This document shows positions 57,101 through 64,000 of a DNA stretch of 64,000 bases, piece by piece. A model generated the notes under the pieces. The model saw only the letters and a program-made list of their open reading frames with translations. It was not told where the DNA came from and did not search any database. The DNA is from a virus (lineage: Duplodnaviria > Heunggongvirae > Uroviricota > Caudoviricetes). Each line of letters opens with the position of its first letter. Position 1 is the first letter of the stretch. The stretch lies in IMG/VR virus record IMGVR_UViG_3300042922_000270; one strand, given 5' to 3'. A program made the translations under genes and the position numbers.

Positions 57101-59721
57101 CCCTTAAGGGCCTTACCGTCTTCTGCACGTAGTAGCGACTCACCAGCTAGTGAAGCATCAGCATAATCAGATCCCATAGACCTAGCTGACATGATGTTAC
57201 CTAGACGCTGAGCAATCTGGTTGATCTTGCTCAGAGGCATCATGAAGAAGTAATCATCATCACTATTAGGTGATAGCTTAGCTGAGATTGGTAGTGAGCT
57301 AGCCACTTCTCTTAGGTTGTAGAACCTTGATGCACTATAACCATCATCCTTAGGTCCCTGAGATGTGCGCTCATTAGATAGACCACTAGTTCTATAGATA
57401 ACGGGGTCTGCACCCAGCTTGTACTTAGTGATGTTAGTACCAATACGATTACGGACCATGCGAGCAAACTCAGTAGACTGAGAGAACTCAATGTCCTGAG
57501 GCATGATCTTAGCATGACGTCTCTCACCGTCAACATTAAAGAAGTACTGGTCTAGACGTAGGTTACCCTCAGCATCTACCGGGAAGGCTAGTCTTGCAGC
57601 AGACTTAGTGTCATACACAGCTTCACCAGGTTCGTAGCCTGCAAAGTTAGCGAAGGTATCCTCACGCATATACTTCTTAACTTCTCTCTTCAGAGTAGCT
57701 CTTAAGTAGCCAGACTGAGCAAAGGCGTTGACTGCATCTGCTCCGTATGCTTGATGGAAGGTATTTAGGATCTCACTAACACGCCTGTTAGCGCCACTGA
57801 TGCCTGCTACTATGGTTTCTAGAGGGCTGTACTCTCTTACATCTAGGTCATTAGTCTCATCGAAGCCCACACCTTGAGACTTACCTACATACTTACCAAA
57901 CTCTGGAATGTATAGCTGACCCGATAGACCCTTAGTGTTCTGTACAACACTAAAGTTCATGAGTTCGCCCATGTTAACGGTCATACCTGCAACAGAATAT
58001 AGACCACCTAGTGACACACGTGAACCATATGCTTTACCGGTAGCTGTATCTAGTAGCTGCTTAGTGTTAACCGTAGCGTAAGGGTCTCTGGCCTGTTTGA
58101 TAGCCAGCTCGGTAGATAGTTCATCGTGGACTGAACTGAAGGCATAATTACTATTCTTTCTGAATAGCTTCATACCGTAAGCAATGTTATCAAACCTCTT
58201 AGCTTCACGAGCTACATTAAACTCATCGCTGTGCAGGAGGATGTCTAGGTCCTTAGTCCATAGAATGTCATCGTTACCAAAGTTACCTCTGCTGCCCATG
58301 TGGTGGAAGCCGCGTAGCATACCATCAGACATGTTGCTTGAGCCTAGAATCATTTTAGATTCAGAGGCTCCCTGGTAGATAGCCATCTTGTTGTGAACGA
58401 AGTGTTCTGACCTAACTACAGACATGTTACGCTCAGCACGCCTACGGGCTCTACCCTTAGACATACCCTGAGCTTCATAGTGACTAGCTAGGTTATCTTG
58501 AACCTTTAGCATTACGTCTTGACTGAAGGTTGTGGCTTTGCCTGTATCGTTCTTAGAGTGCTCTACACCTGTTAGAACTTCTACTCGTGCACCACGCTTA
58601 ACAGCAGCCTCTACCCAACTAGCTACATCTTCACCTAGTTGGAAGTTAGATATTCTTACTACGTCTCCAGCTCCAGCAGCCTCCAGAGCGTTGTAGTGCT
58701 CCATAGCTGTCGTGCCTGTTCCGATAAACTTTGACTTAGTCCATCCACCGAAGTCCCTAGCAAAGGTATCTTTACTCTTTAACCATTCTTTTACATTCTT
58801 GGCCTGGACCATAAGTGATGCGAAGGTGCTGAGTGAAACCTCACCAGACTTAACCATAGAGTAGTCTAGTGTGAAGTTAGATTCAAAGTTACGACCTATA
58901 GCGTTACCAACCCTACCCATAGCACCAGTGGTGGCGTTAGTAGAGCCAATAATAAAGGCTGACCTAGAGCTAATACTCTCAATGTCAAAGCCAAAGAACT
59001 TAGCGTGGGACCACTGGTTCCTAGGGTCAGACTTAACTGTGAGCTTATCTATTCCGTTTCTAGAGTTAAGGTAGTCATATCCAATCTCAGCAGCTAGCCC
59101 TAGGCCACTGCCTGTACGAGGATCGTTAATGACTACATTGGTGTTTACCTTACGAGAGATCTCCCTAATACCGTCTAGAACAGTAGGGTGCTCAATCTGG
59201 AAGGCAGAGATGAACACATCGCTCTGAGCTGTGCCCATACGATGGATGACGTTCTCTAGGTGGTGGGAGTGTTGTACACCTGAGAAGCCTTGAGTCCTGC
59301 CAGTAAACTTATATCTAACAAACGAATCTTCTAGTTTGTTGAAGTTACCGCCGAACTCTGTATAGATGAAGTTACGTTGGGCAGTCTCGGCAGCCTTAAT
59401 GCCTGCTTCAAGGGCAGCTATCTCTTTAGGTGAAAGACCTGCAGTATCTACTGCACTAAAAGACTTCTGTGGATTAAACTTAGCAAAAGAGAAGGGGTCA
59501 CTAGTGTTATACCCTTGCATCTTTGCCATGTGTTCAATCATGGGATCACGGCCTGACCTCTCTGCAGCGGTCTCACCAAAGATACCAGCATCGGCTTCAG
59601 CGATACTGTCGTCTATGGTATATGCAGCCTCAACACCCCTGAGTCTAGCCCTTAGGGTAGCGTACTCTGGAGTGTTTAGATCTGGGATGTATCTATTGAA
59701 GTATTCGCTTGGTTGATGCAT
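51175..59721 (-). CDS. giant protein: tandem PLD (HKD) domains, two-barrel RNA polymerase core and Gly-rich hydrophobic tail; putative virion RNAP
   Basis: SHAKFFGFD...GSTN, VHNKMAIY...GSSN, GDRVMTGMKAP, FQRAGAP, NFGDFDGD. Confidence 0.72.
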   Translation of the reverse strand: MHQPSEYFNRYIPDLNTPEYATLRARLRGVEAAYTIDDSIAEADAGIFGETAAERSGRDPMIEHMAKMQGYNTSDPFSFAKFNPQKSFSAVDTAGLSPKEIAALEAGIKAAETAQRNFIYTEFGGNFNKLEDSFVRYKFTGRTQGFSGVQHSHHLENVIHRMGTAQSDVFISAFQIEHPTVLDGIREISRKVNTNVVINDPRTGSGLGLAAEIGYDYLNSRNGIDKLTVKSDPRNQWSHAKFFGFDIESISSRSAFIIGSTNATTGAMGRVGNAIGRNFESNFTLDYSMVKSGEVSLSTFASLMVQAKNVKEWLKSKDTFARDFGGWTKSKFIGTGTTAMEHYNALEAAGAGDVVRISNFQLGEDVASWVEAAVKRGARVEVLTGVEHSKNDTGKATTFSQDVMLKVQDNLASHYEAQGMSKGRARRRAERNMSVVRSEHFVHNKMAIYQGASESKMILGSSNMSDGMLRGFHHMGSRGNFGNDDILWTKDLDILLHSDEFNVAREAKRFDNIAYGMKLFRKNSNYAFSSVHDELSTELAIKQARDPYATVNTKQLLDTATGKAYGSRVSLGGLYSVAGMTVNMGELMNFSVVQNTKGLSGQLYIPEFGKYVGKSQGVGFDETNDLDVREYSPLETIVAGISGANRRVSEILNTFHQAYGADAVNAFAQSGYLRATLKREVKKYMREDTFANFAGYEPGEAVYDTKSAARLAFPVDAEGNLRLDQYFFNVDGERRHAKIMPQDIEFSQSTEFARMVRNRIGTNITKYKLGADPVIYRTSGLSNERTSQGPKDDGYSASRFYNLREVASSLPISAKLSPNSDDDYFFMMPLSKINQIAQRLGNIMSARSMGSDYADASLAGESLLRAEDGKALKGVRFVGYMAPGMGGDVAYFDAARLGESKFSTGYSKTVKGRQALIDPESFVLLRDHLTDLAKNPNKATHMGGGKYRISTAGLDSIGHTLNIMDILQPGTEKRIRQGLALPTSRHQGADVEFIIDLDKLSLQLSDNTYKLNVEGEVLRSLQTGDRVMTGMKAPLMIVRENSRLFTTLDRIAQQTKGTKADTYTKMGLAKANVLFGSGTIKTGDALIQTGLEVIKSGLAFDIINESNVGDLLDSKFFDLFDRFKDYVDPATKKVIDNIRASDDASYKVARAKELFQNTRKEINRRGHVTMSGRHTQHIASAFLAFGLHANNFLSNIDRTELKGLLGDDLLGIIPLSFISTMSASAVTMSSRNRVNFLNYHSGKYTDSFMDMMAMDQRVTGRVSAYSELISHGLLEGLAPTSEYVVGGLDNTPMSFYTMDMHNEFIELTALQRYIAGKSSKYDGSHMTLAEAGRKLKVVTDKINIKATSMASKGPSHNIVGSYESSMIHSFLEAEKAAGVGARTLMVPELGKLDERTGKFVFSESLGTASLREIRLMSANSLLSLGSFEDFSHEIQAKQVEIIQMLPELQELFPNGRVRAGGLTDAQREVYSHFMELVSDLEDAQKAAAATDFQKALGGQLSVGGQNMIVGMHHELPEGVMVLGTEAYKNMKDEAIAEIKQTFREKSIYFGKPGLEDMVAKDYRDRVLQLGEKLGVGRVLNGRLYGHSVANGLEARAKEYQALTDDINALELKRPDRTSRREVVHKYGKGVDDRGIALRHDIPLGKDNWRGRRVVRSRRGIVVDVIKGYDTFDIGRGRTVEVNPITGLVDKVRGRRWEWNLDSSDKAHYDSLVEEDKALFKDDVKELRQRIYNIESQIDYYVGDGAALNDDIRYELRNLEHEATKLRAEVRDMTHGRAYEFKRRTRRHEVTDPSKRRDQVRREIQALKLASLSTDEILEKIFENPESRHKLMTGMFQRAGAPMGPMGLTANKIYTIQEANDLFFKTAPMSERHFRRSVLMGAGSMMFNFGDFDGDTASVARLNRYTALQSLALIDSGLLTQEEELSLKAVNRDMRYSAQEKAIKFAYHVLGDNGLFSDDSLYDVTRKGKQLSTARARAYLHALESRDKNKPGSLTADQTIELNAFRARKDSTFRLAVASIKFSADITGISSDVSAGVRDIMSANSHMTEQDAYLEFMGKNKSKLTDSESYKLLSKELASVSGTLVDDKTQKVTYDSKGNRIVSPVALGAEGLKVTDRDLAALFSASAFAATFLIGKVYEASFTVQTHFDAKRAKAAAAVVNAMGADGTKFTNSRLAIESLRGKDLTPSVQAAVDRYDAVMEEHTKVHSIVLLAQQMARDAIKPKIDQGALSLLRSLYRNDASEVASGMEFVLGQERTQALEAFYTMVEGKDFLGLTNSHTPEQLDAINRDMARGFTSFYSDQVSELNKVGGPELVKALLKKNSAGYSIMAEEHLVGAFTDDTSPLVKELMAWEYKDPVTGLKTRPYQNIDDLRSFADDLINEKTRDDAIKRMYADKKGKALVDNLLKQHLMTQGQNMADWASYSMWDPSLAQYRQDYIAYGSALNGADSQTLFNRADGMSRKTKLQIFANMASRGKIRNADNFKDALTDILMDYNSADDIRKAASQVTDAPMFADSIQKIYDAYAKSTDVSHALQYLDNTNVTKIKDLNDKFGDMAYDDIIEKVDAEKLDKSADAEEFRKYARHKMEASWAGMLGVKPSQYAAEHKLSPNDIARQIDQGLETRGGRAFMSGFGNIFVGAALGAATMAGVMGGSTEEAFAANAAIGATMMNPTVMIKSIVNETPDKGEAAVRLGIIGGSIAAGMGGAMGGVKMTQNLFGKSLQATASKVTGAIGGGLVGLGAAFLLEAAAHATGLLKTPGPLHQMVSQLGGLTEAYQDSAFDDMDTEFGGEQEYQVIYEATGEVLAVYHRENSEDHGFEADDDTISFSSYEAASTEQEGNSVFDQPNKDA

Positions 59722-59784
59722 TATAGTATGGTACCTGGAAACTAGTTGAGTTTTCTAGGAGTATTATAATATTTATAAAAGGAG

Positions 59785-60108
59785 TTGCCAACTGTGAACG
59801 AATCAGTTAATATAGAAGGGCTTCCAGAATACAAGATTACGAAGGTAGACCTTGACTGGTTACTTAAAGAACTGGTATTAGAAGTAAGTCTTACAGAACC
59901 ACAATACCATGCCATCAAGGCTAGTGGGGCTCTGGAGATGCCAGACTACAACATTTCTATTCCGTCAAACGGGGAGACACTAGTAGTCGAACTAAACAAT
60001 AAGCTAGCTAAGATGACTAAGCTAGCTGTGTACAAGTCAAGCTTAGTGGGGACGTTCGTAGTTCCCTTTTCAAAAGTATACTCAAAGGAGATAGTCGATA
60101 ATGGCTAA
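59785..60108 (+). CDS. hypothetical protein
   Basis: AAGGAG SD. Confidence 0.65.
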   Translation: MPTVNESVNIEGLPEYKITKVDLDWLLKELVLEVSLTEPQYHAIKASGALEMPDYNISIPSNGETLVVELNNKLAKMTKLAVYKSSLVGTFVVPFSKVYSKEIVDNG

Positions 60109-60487
60109 CAAGGATAAAGTTTCAGAGCTAGTTGTTAAGAGCGCTGAATACAAGCTACCCACTGGTGTTATTCTACATGCACGTAAGCCTAATAACGGCG
60201 ACCGTAGAACCCTTCTTGAGGCTCCTGACACTAACCGTCAGTACCTAATGGAGATCCTAGCTTCAGGCTGTATCACCAAGATTGAGTTCCCCATAGACCA
60301 CGAGAAGTACCCTGCTGGTAAGGTGTTCGAGTATGACGTAGATGACCGTAAGGATGTCTGGGCTCGTATGGACGTCCTAGATCTAGAAGACTCAATCACT
60401 TATGTTGAAGCCTTCGGTACCAAGAACTGGCCCTCAGAGGCTATGATCAAGCAGGTCATCGACGCAGCTACTAAAAGCAACAAGTAA
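60101..60487 (+). CDS. possible tail assembly chaperone
   Basis: YKLPTG..L.ARKPNNGD pattern, size, and a short downstream partner ORF. Confidence 0.45.
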   Translation: MANKDKVSELVVKSAEYKLPTGVILHARKPNNGDRRTLLEAPDTNRQYLMEILASGCITKIEFPIDHEKYPAGKVFEYDVDDRKDVWARMDVLDLEDSITYVEAFGTKNWPSEAMIKQVIDAATKSNK

Positions 60488-60500
60488 GGAACAAGCACTA

Positions 60501-60728
60501 ATGGATGCCCTTAATTTAGATTTATGGGCGGAGCTAGCGTTGGTAGGTGGCATGTCTATTGACACCTATCTTCGCATAGACGAGGAACTTGCTGTAGCCT
60601 GTCTCATGGCCCTTCAGAATAAGATTGAAGGAGTCAAGAAAGAGAAGGAAGCACAGCAAGAAGTTCACTTCAAGAAGCAACACTCTCTTAACCTCCTAGC
60701 TGAGGTTGAGGCTAAGCACAAGAGATAA
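60501..60728 (+). CDS. hypothetical protein (possible chaperone partner)
   Basis: 75 aa after the chaperone-like gene. Confidence 0.5.
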   Translation: MDALNLDLWAELALVGGMSIDTYLRIDEELAVACLMALQNKIEGVKKEKEAQQEVHFKKQHSLNLLAEVEAKHKR

Positions 60729-60730
60729 GT

Positions 60731-62389
60731 ATGGCGACACCTAAGAAGAAGAAGACAATAACCCCTAAAGCTAATCCAGATGTCAGCATAGGTGTACGTC
60801 AGGTAGGTTCAACCCTATCTTCGTACAACCCTGCCTTCAAGTTAGGTGTACTGGACGGTCCTGATAGATCCTATTACAGAAAGTATGAGTATGCTTTCAG
60901 GACCGAACCTGTCATCAATAGAGCTATTAAGTTTATATCTCTAACGATGTTAGCTTCACTCGGAGCCTATACACACCCCGAACAGTCCATCCAAAGGTTT
61001 GTTCAGGAGAACTTGGATAGATCTGAGGGTAACCTTCAGGAGTGGCTATCGTCACTTATCATCTCTGCTCTTATCTATGGTAGGGGCAACTCAGAGATTC
61101 TGTGGGAACCTAAAGAGGGTAAGGTCTTTATTAAGGACCTCGTTAACTACCACCCCAGATCCATCTACCTAGTACCTGACATGTATGGTCGTCTAACTAA
61201 CGGTAAGCCCAACCCCTATCACCCTACCTTTAATAAGACAGGTGTGTGGCAAGAGCTACCCGTACAGGTCATGAACAACAGAAAGCTCACCGGTAGGGAT
61301 AAGTTCTTGAACTATATCCGTATCGACATGAACAAGATGGTTGTAGTGACCCACAACAAGAGATTCGGTAACTATGATGGAGAGAGTGCTCTTGCGCCTA
61401 TCTTCCTAAGTTACCAGATGAAGACCAAGACCTGGGATGACCTTATGGTCACTACCGAACGTTATGGCTCACCTCAGATTGCTGCTATCGTACCTAATGG
61501 TATGACCTCTAATCAGATTATTGATCCTGTGACAGGTATGGCCCGTCCTGAGACCATTGCTGAGGCTGCTGCTCGCAACCTACAGAATATGTCTATCTCA
61601 ACCGCTATGGTGTTTGAGGAGCCTACAGGACTACCCGGAGAGAAGATTAGGATCCAACCTATCAACACAGGTAATAACTTTGGTGATAGCTTCTTGAACA
61701 CTATGCATAGGTTGAACCACGAGGTCCTACTAGGCCTTGGGTTGCCTCCGCTCATGTTCCTAGAGCAGCAGACTGGCCTAGGGTCAGGTAACATTACTGC
61801 TATTCAGGCTGAGGCTTACAAGCAGACTATGGTGTCCATGTACAAAGAGTTCGTGGAGCCTTTCACTGAGCAGGTGATTGGTAAACTAATTCAGTACAAC
61901 TTTGGTGACAAGCATGGCTGTGGAAGGTTTGAGTTCAATCCTTTCGATATCGCTGCTGCTGGTGCACTAGGTGAGATGGTAGACATGGCACTTAACTGTG
62001 GTATTGTGGATACCTCTGAAGCTGTCGATCTGCAGCTACTCAGGGCTCGTATGGGCTTCCCAGCCATCAATGATGATTCACTTGCTAAGCGTCTTCGTAA
62101 CAACAAGAAGATTATCGAGAACAGGATCAACCCTGAGAAGAATAAGATGGAGTCACAACTCAAGATCACTGAACACCAGACTGCAGCTCAGAAGGAGATT
62201 GCTGAGGGTCAGCTTGAAGTAGACAAAGAACGTAATGATGCTCAGCTCAAGCACCAGAAGGAAGTAGAGAAGATGAAGCAGCAGACTCAAATTAAGGTAG
62301 CTAAGCTTAAGCCTAAGCCAGCTACTCCGAAGAAGTCAGCTACGAAGAAACTTACCGACTGGTTGACTGGAAAGGATAAAGAAGATTAA
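60731..62389 (+). CDS. portal protein (DUF935 / Mu gp29-like)
   Basis: ALIYG...SEILW, FGNYDGES.L..I, W....ERYGSP, LIQYNFG. Confidence 0.85.
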   Translation: MATPKKKKTITPKANPDVSIGVRQVGSTLSSYNPAFKLGVLDGPDRSYYRKYEYAFRTEPVINRAIKFISLTMLASLGAYTHPEQSIQRFVQENLDRSEGNLQEWLSSLIISALIYGRGNSEILWEPKEGKVFIKDLVNYHPRSIYLVPDMYGRLTNGKPNPYHPTFNKTGVWQELPVQVMNNRKLTGRDKFLNYIRIDMNKMVVVTHNKRFGNYDGESALAPIFLSYQMKTKTWDDLMVTTERYGSPQIAAIVPNGMTSNQIIDPVTGMARPETIAEAAARNLQNMSISTAMVFEEPTGLPGEKIRIQPINTGNNFGDSFLNTMHRLNHEVLLGLGLPPLMFLEQQTGLGSGNITAIQAEAYKQTMVSMYKEFVEPFTEQVIGKLIQYNFGDKHGCGRFEFNPFDIAAAGALGEMVDMALNCGIVDTSEAVDLQLLRARMGFPAINDDSLAKRLRNNKKIIENRINPEKNKMESQLKITEHQTAAQKEIAEGQLEVDKERNDAQLKHQKEVEKMKQQTQIKVAKLKPKPATPKKSATKKLTDWLTGKDKED

Positions 62390-62475
62390 AATACAAGAGT
62401 AGGTTGCATTGAATGCGCCTACTCTTTTATGTTAGGCTATCTAACATGTCCCATCTCCCATAAGAGGTAGCACCA

Positions 62476-62799
62476 ATGCTAAGAACCCTTATCCTCCGTA
62501 GCAAGCTCAAGAAGTACTATAAGCACATGATGCCTATAGCTCTAACAACAAACCAAGACTATAGTATTGTCTTTATTAGAAAGCTTAATCTACTAACCGT
62601 AGAGGTAGACTATCTAGATGTAGACGCACACACCCTTCTGGCGAGTGGGACTATGTTTATTTCAGACATCCAGTCTGTAGGAGATATATCAGTAGACTCA
62701 GTGAAGCTAAGACTACTAAGGCAGAATCCGGATCTCATTATTGATGACGGTTGGGGCGAAGACGATAGCGTAGACTGTCCAGTAGAAGACGAGGACTAA
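62476..62799 (+). CDS. hypothetical protein
   Basis: GAGGT SD. Confidence 0.65.
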   Translation: MLRTLILRSKLKKYYKHMMPIALTTNQDYSIVFIRKLNLLTVEVDYLDVDAHTLLASGTMFISDIQSVGDISVDSVKLRLLRQNPDLIIDDGWGEDDSVDCPVEDED

Positions 62800-62803
62800 C
62801 AAC

Positions 62804-63082
62804 ATGGCCAAATCAGACAATAATGATATGATCAGGGTCACCTTAAAGTCTTACAATGAACCAGCCACTAAACGTGTTCTAGAGAGCATAGAGAGGTTTG
62901 AGATTGAAGGCCACAGGGTTACTCTAACTCAGAACGAATACGATAAGGATCAGTCCTGTGATGTTATCGTAATTGAGGGACCCAAGTCGTCCCTACTAAA
63001 GCTAGCCCAATATATCGAGTCACTAGAGAAGCTGGCTAAGGACTGGGTCATCCCCGTCCAGCCTAAGAATAATATTGCGTAA
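62804..63082 (+). CDS. hypothetical protein
   Basis: GAGGA SD. Confidence 0.65.
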   Translation: MAKSDNNDMIRVTLKSYNEPATKRVLESIERFEIEGHRVTLTQNEYDKDQSCDVIVIEGPKSSLLKLAQYIESLEKLAKDWVIPVQPKNNIA

Positions 63083-63085
63083 ATC

Positions 63086-63114
63086 TTGCATACTTAAATA
63101 TGGTATTGTATACT
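63086..63114 (+). promoter_or_regulatory. sigma70-like promoter
   Basis: TTGCAT-17-TATACT. Confidence 0.65.
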
Positions 63115-63149
63115 ATCGTAGTGTTATTTAAAGAAGGGTCTTACATCAC

Positions 63150-64000
63150 ATGATAACAACGCTTCGTATACCTATAGCCAGACTCGGTAGATGGTACCAT
63201 CCCGTTTACAAGAACGATAAGGGCGAACCAGTAGTAGAGTTTAATCAGGCAGACTTCGATTCCATGAAGAATGCCTTCAGAAATGATGACCGTGGTTACG
63301 AGCCTTATCTAACCTATGGTCACGTAAAGGCTCTATACGATAAGACTACTAACGATGGCTTCCCTATCGAGGGATACCTAACCAAGATGGAGCAGGTGGA
63401 TGATGTTCTCTATGGAGAGTTCACCCCAACCAATCCTAAGGTAGTAGAGCTAGTTAAAGACGGTAAATACCGTTACGCCTCTGGTGAATTTATTAGGGGC
63501 TTGCCATCTAAGGCAAATGGTGATAGAGTAAGAGTGTTCCTGAAGGGCGTTGCCCTCACTAATACTCCATTCGTGCCTAACCTGCCACTCAATGCAGTTA
63601 AGCATGTATCAGAGGACACTAATGAAGAATATCTTCTTATGTCCGAATCAATAGAGCTAGGAGACAACGCCGTAATGACAGAGAATCAAGATAAGTTAAC
63701 GTGCCCTACCTGCGATCAAGCAGTAGAGGTTGGATGTACTCACAATGCGACTGAAGAGGTTGTGGTTGTAGAACGCCCAGAAAACACCGTACCGAATATG
63801 GTAGAAAATATAGAGGATGTTAAGGAAGTTAAGAACCTTCTCTCAGAGCTAGTGACTCTAGCCAAGAACTTCTTCACTAAGCCTGAGGCTACTGAGAAGA
63901 CTGAAGAGATTGTTGAGACTCCTTCTAACGATTCATCACTTACCGAGGAAGCTGTAACACAGGATGCCCCTCAGGTAATCAATGAGGAGAATAATGTGGA
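63150..64000 (+). CDS. Mu-like prohead protease/scaffold (runs off window; not in ORF track)
   Basis: MITTLRIPIARLGRWYHP...TYGH...KYRYASGEF...GVALTNTPF, then an acidic low-complexity region. Confidence 0.82.
   Translation, partial: MITTLRIPIARLGRWYHPVYKNDKGEPVVEFNQADFDSMKNAFRNDDRGYEPYLTYGHVKALYDKTTNDGFPIEGYLTKMEQVDDVLYGEFTPTNPKVVELVKDGKYRYASGEFIRGLPSKANGDRVRVFLKGVALTNTPFVPNLPLNAVKHVSEDTNEEYLLMSESIELGDNAVMTENQDKLTCPTCDQAVEVGCTHNATEEVVVVERPENTVPNMVENIEDVKEVKNLLSELVTLAKNFFTKPEATEKTEEIVETPSNDSSLTEEAVTQDAPQVINEENNV

Noticed and set aside
59746-59770. sigma70 promoter with TATAAT before the structural operon
   Set aside because: No -35 at 16-18 nt spacing and no TG extension

Overview
This window looks like part of a large tailed (jumbo-type) phage genome in the standard genetic code, with four zones. 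(1) 1-35 kb, minus strand: about 24 tRNAs, about 6 aberrant tRNA-like RNAs, several structured non-coding islands, Thg1, Nudix, NAMPT plus NMNAT-Nudix (NAD salvage), a TctA-like permease and RNase H (plus strand). This zone also holds about 27 paralogous KOW/SH3-like mini-proteins (N-terminal GDLV, C-terminal F-T-x-stop), 16 of them in one mostly translationally coupled tandem array at 24961-28414. (2) 35-50 kb, minus strand: a probable early region with C/G-ending codons, a 1451-aa single-chain two-barrel RNA polymerase, and 15 covarying hairpins that occlude the Shine-Dalgarno (SD) of nearly every gene. (3) 51-60 kb: a 2848-aa protein joining two PLD (HKD) domains, a DFDGD two-barrel RNAP core and a glycine-rich hydrophobic tail, a candidate virion RNAP. 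(4) 60-64 kb, plus strand: chaperone-like genes, portal and prohead protease. All calls come from reading motifs by eye; no database search or folding program was run.
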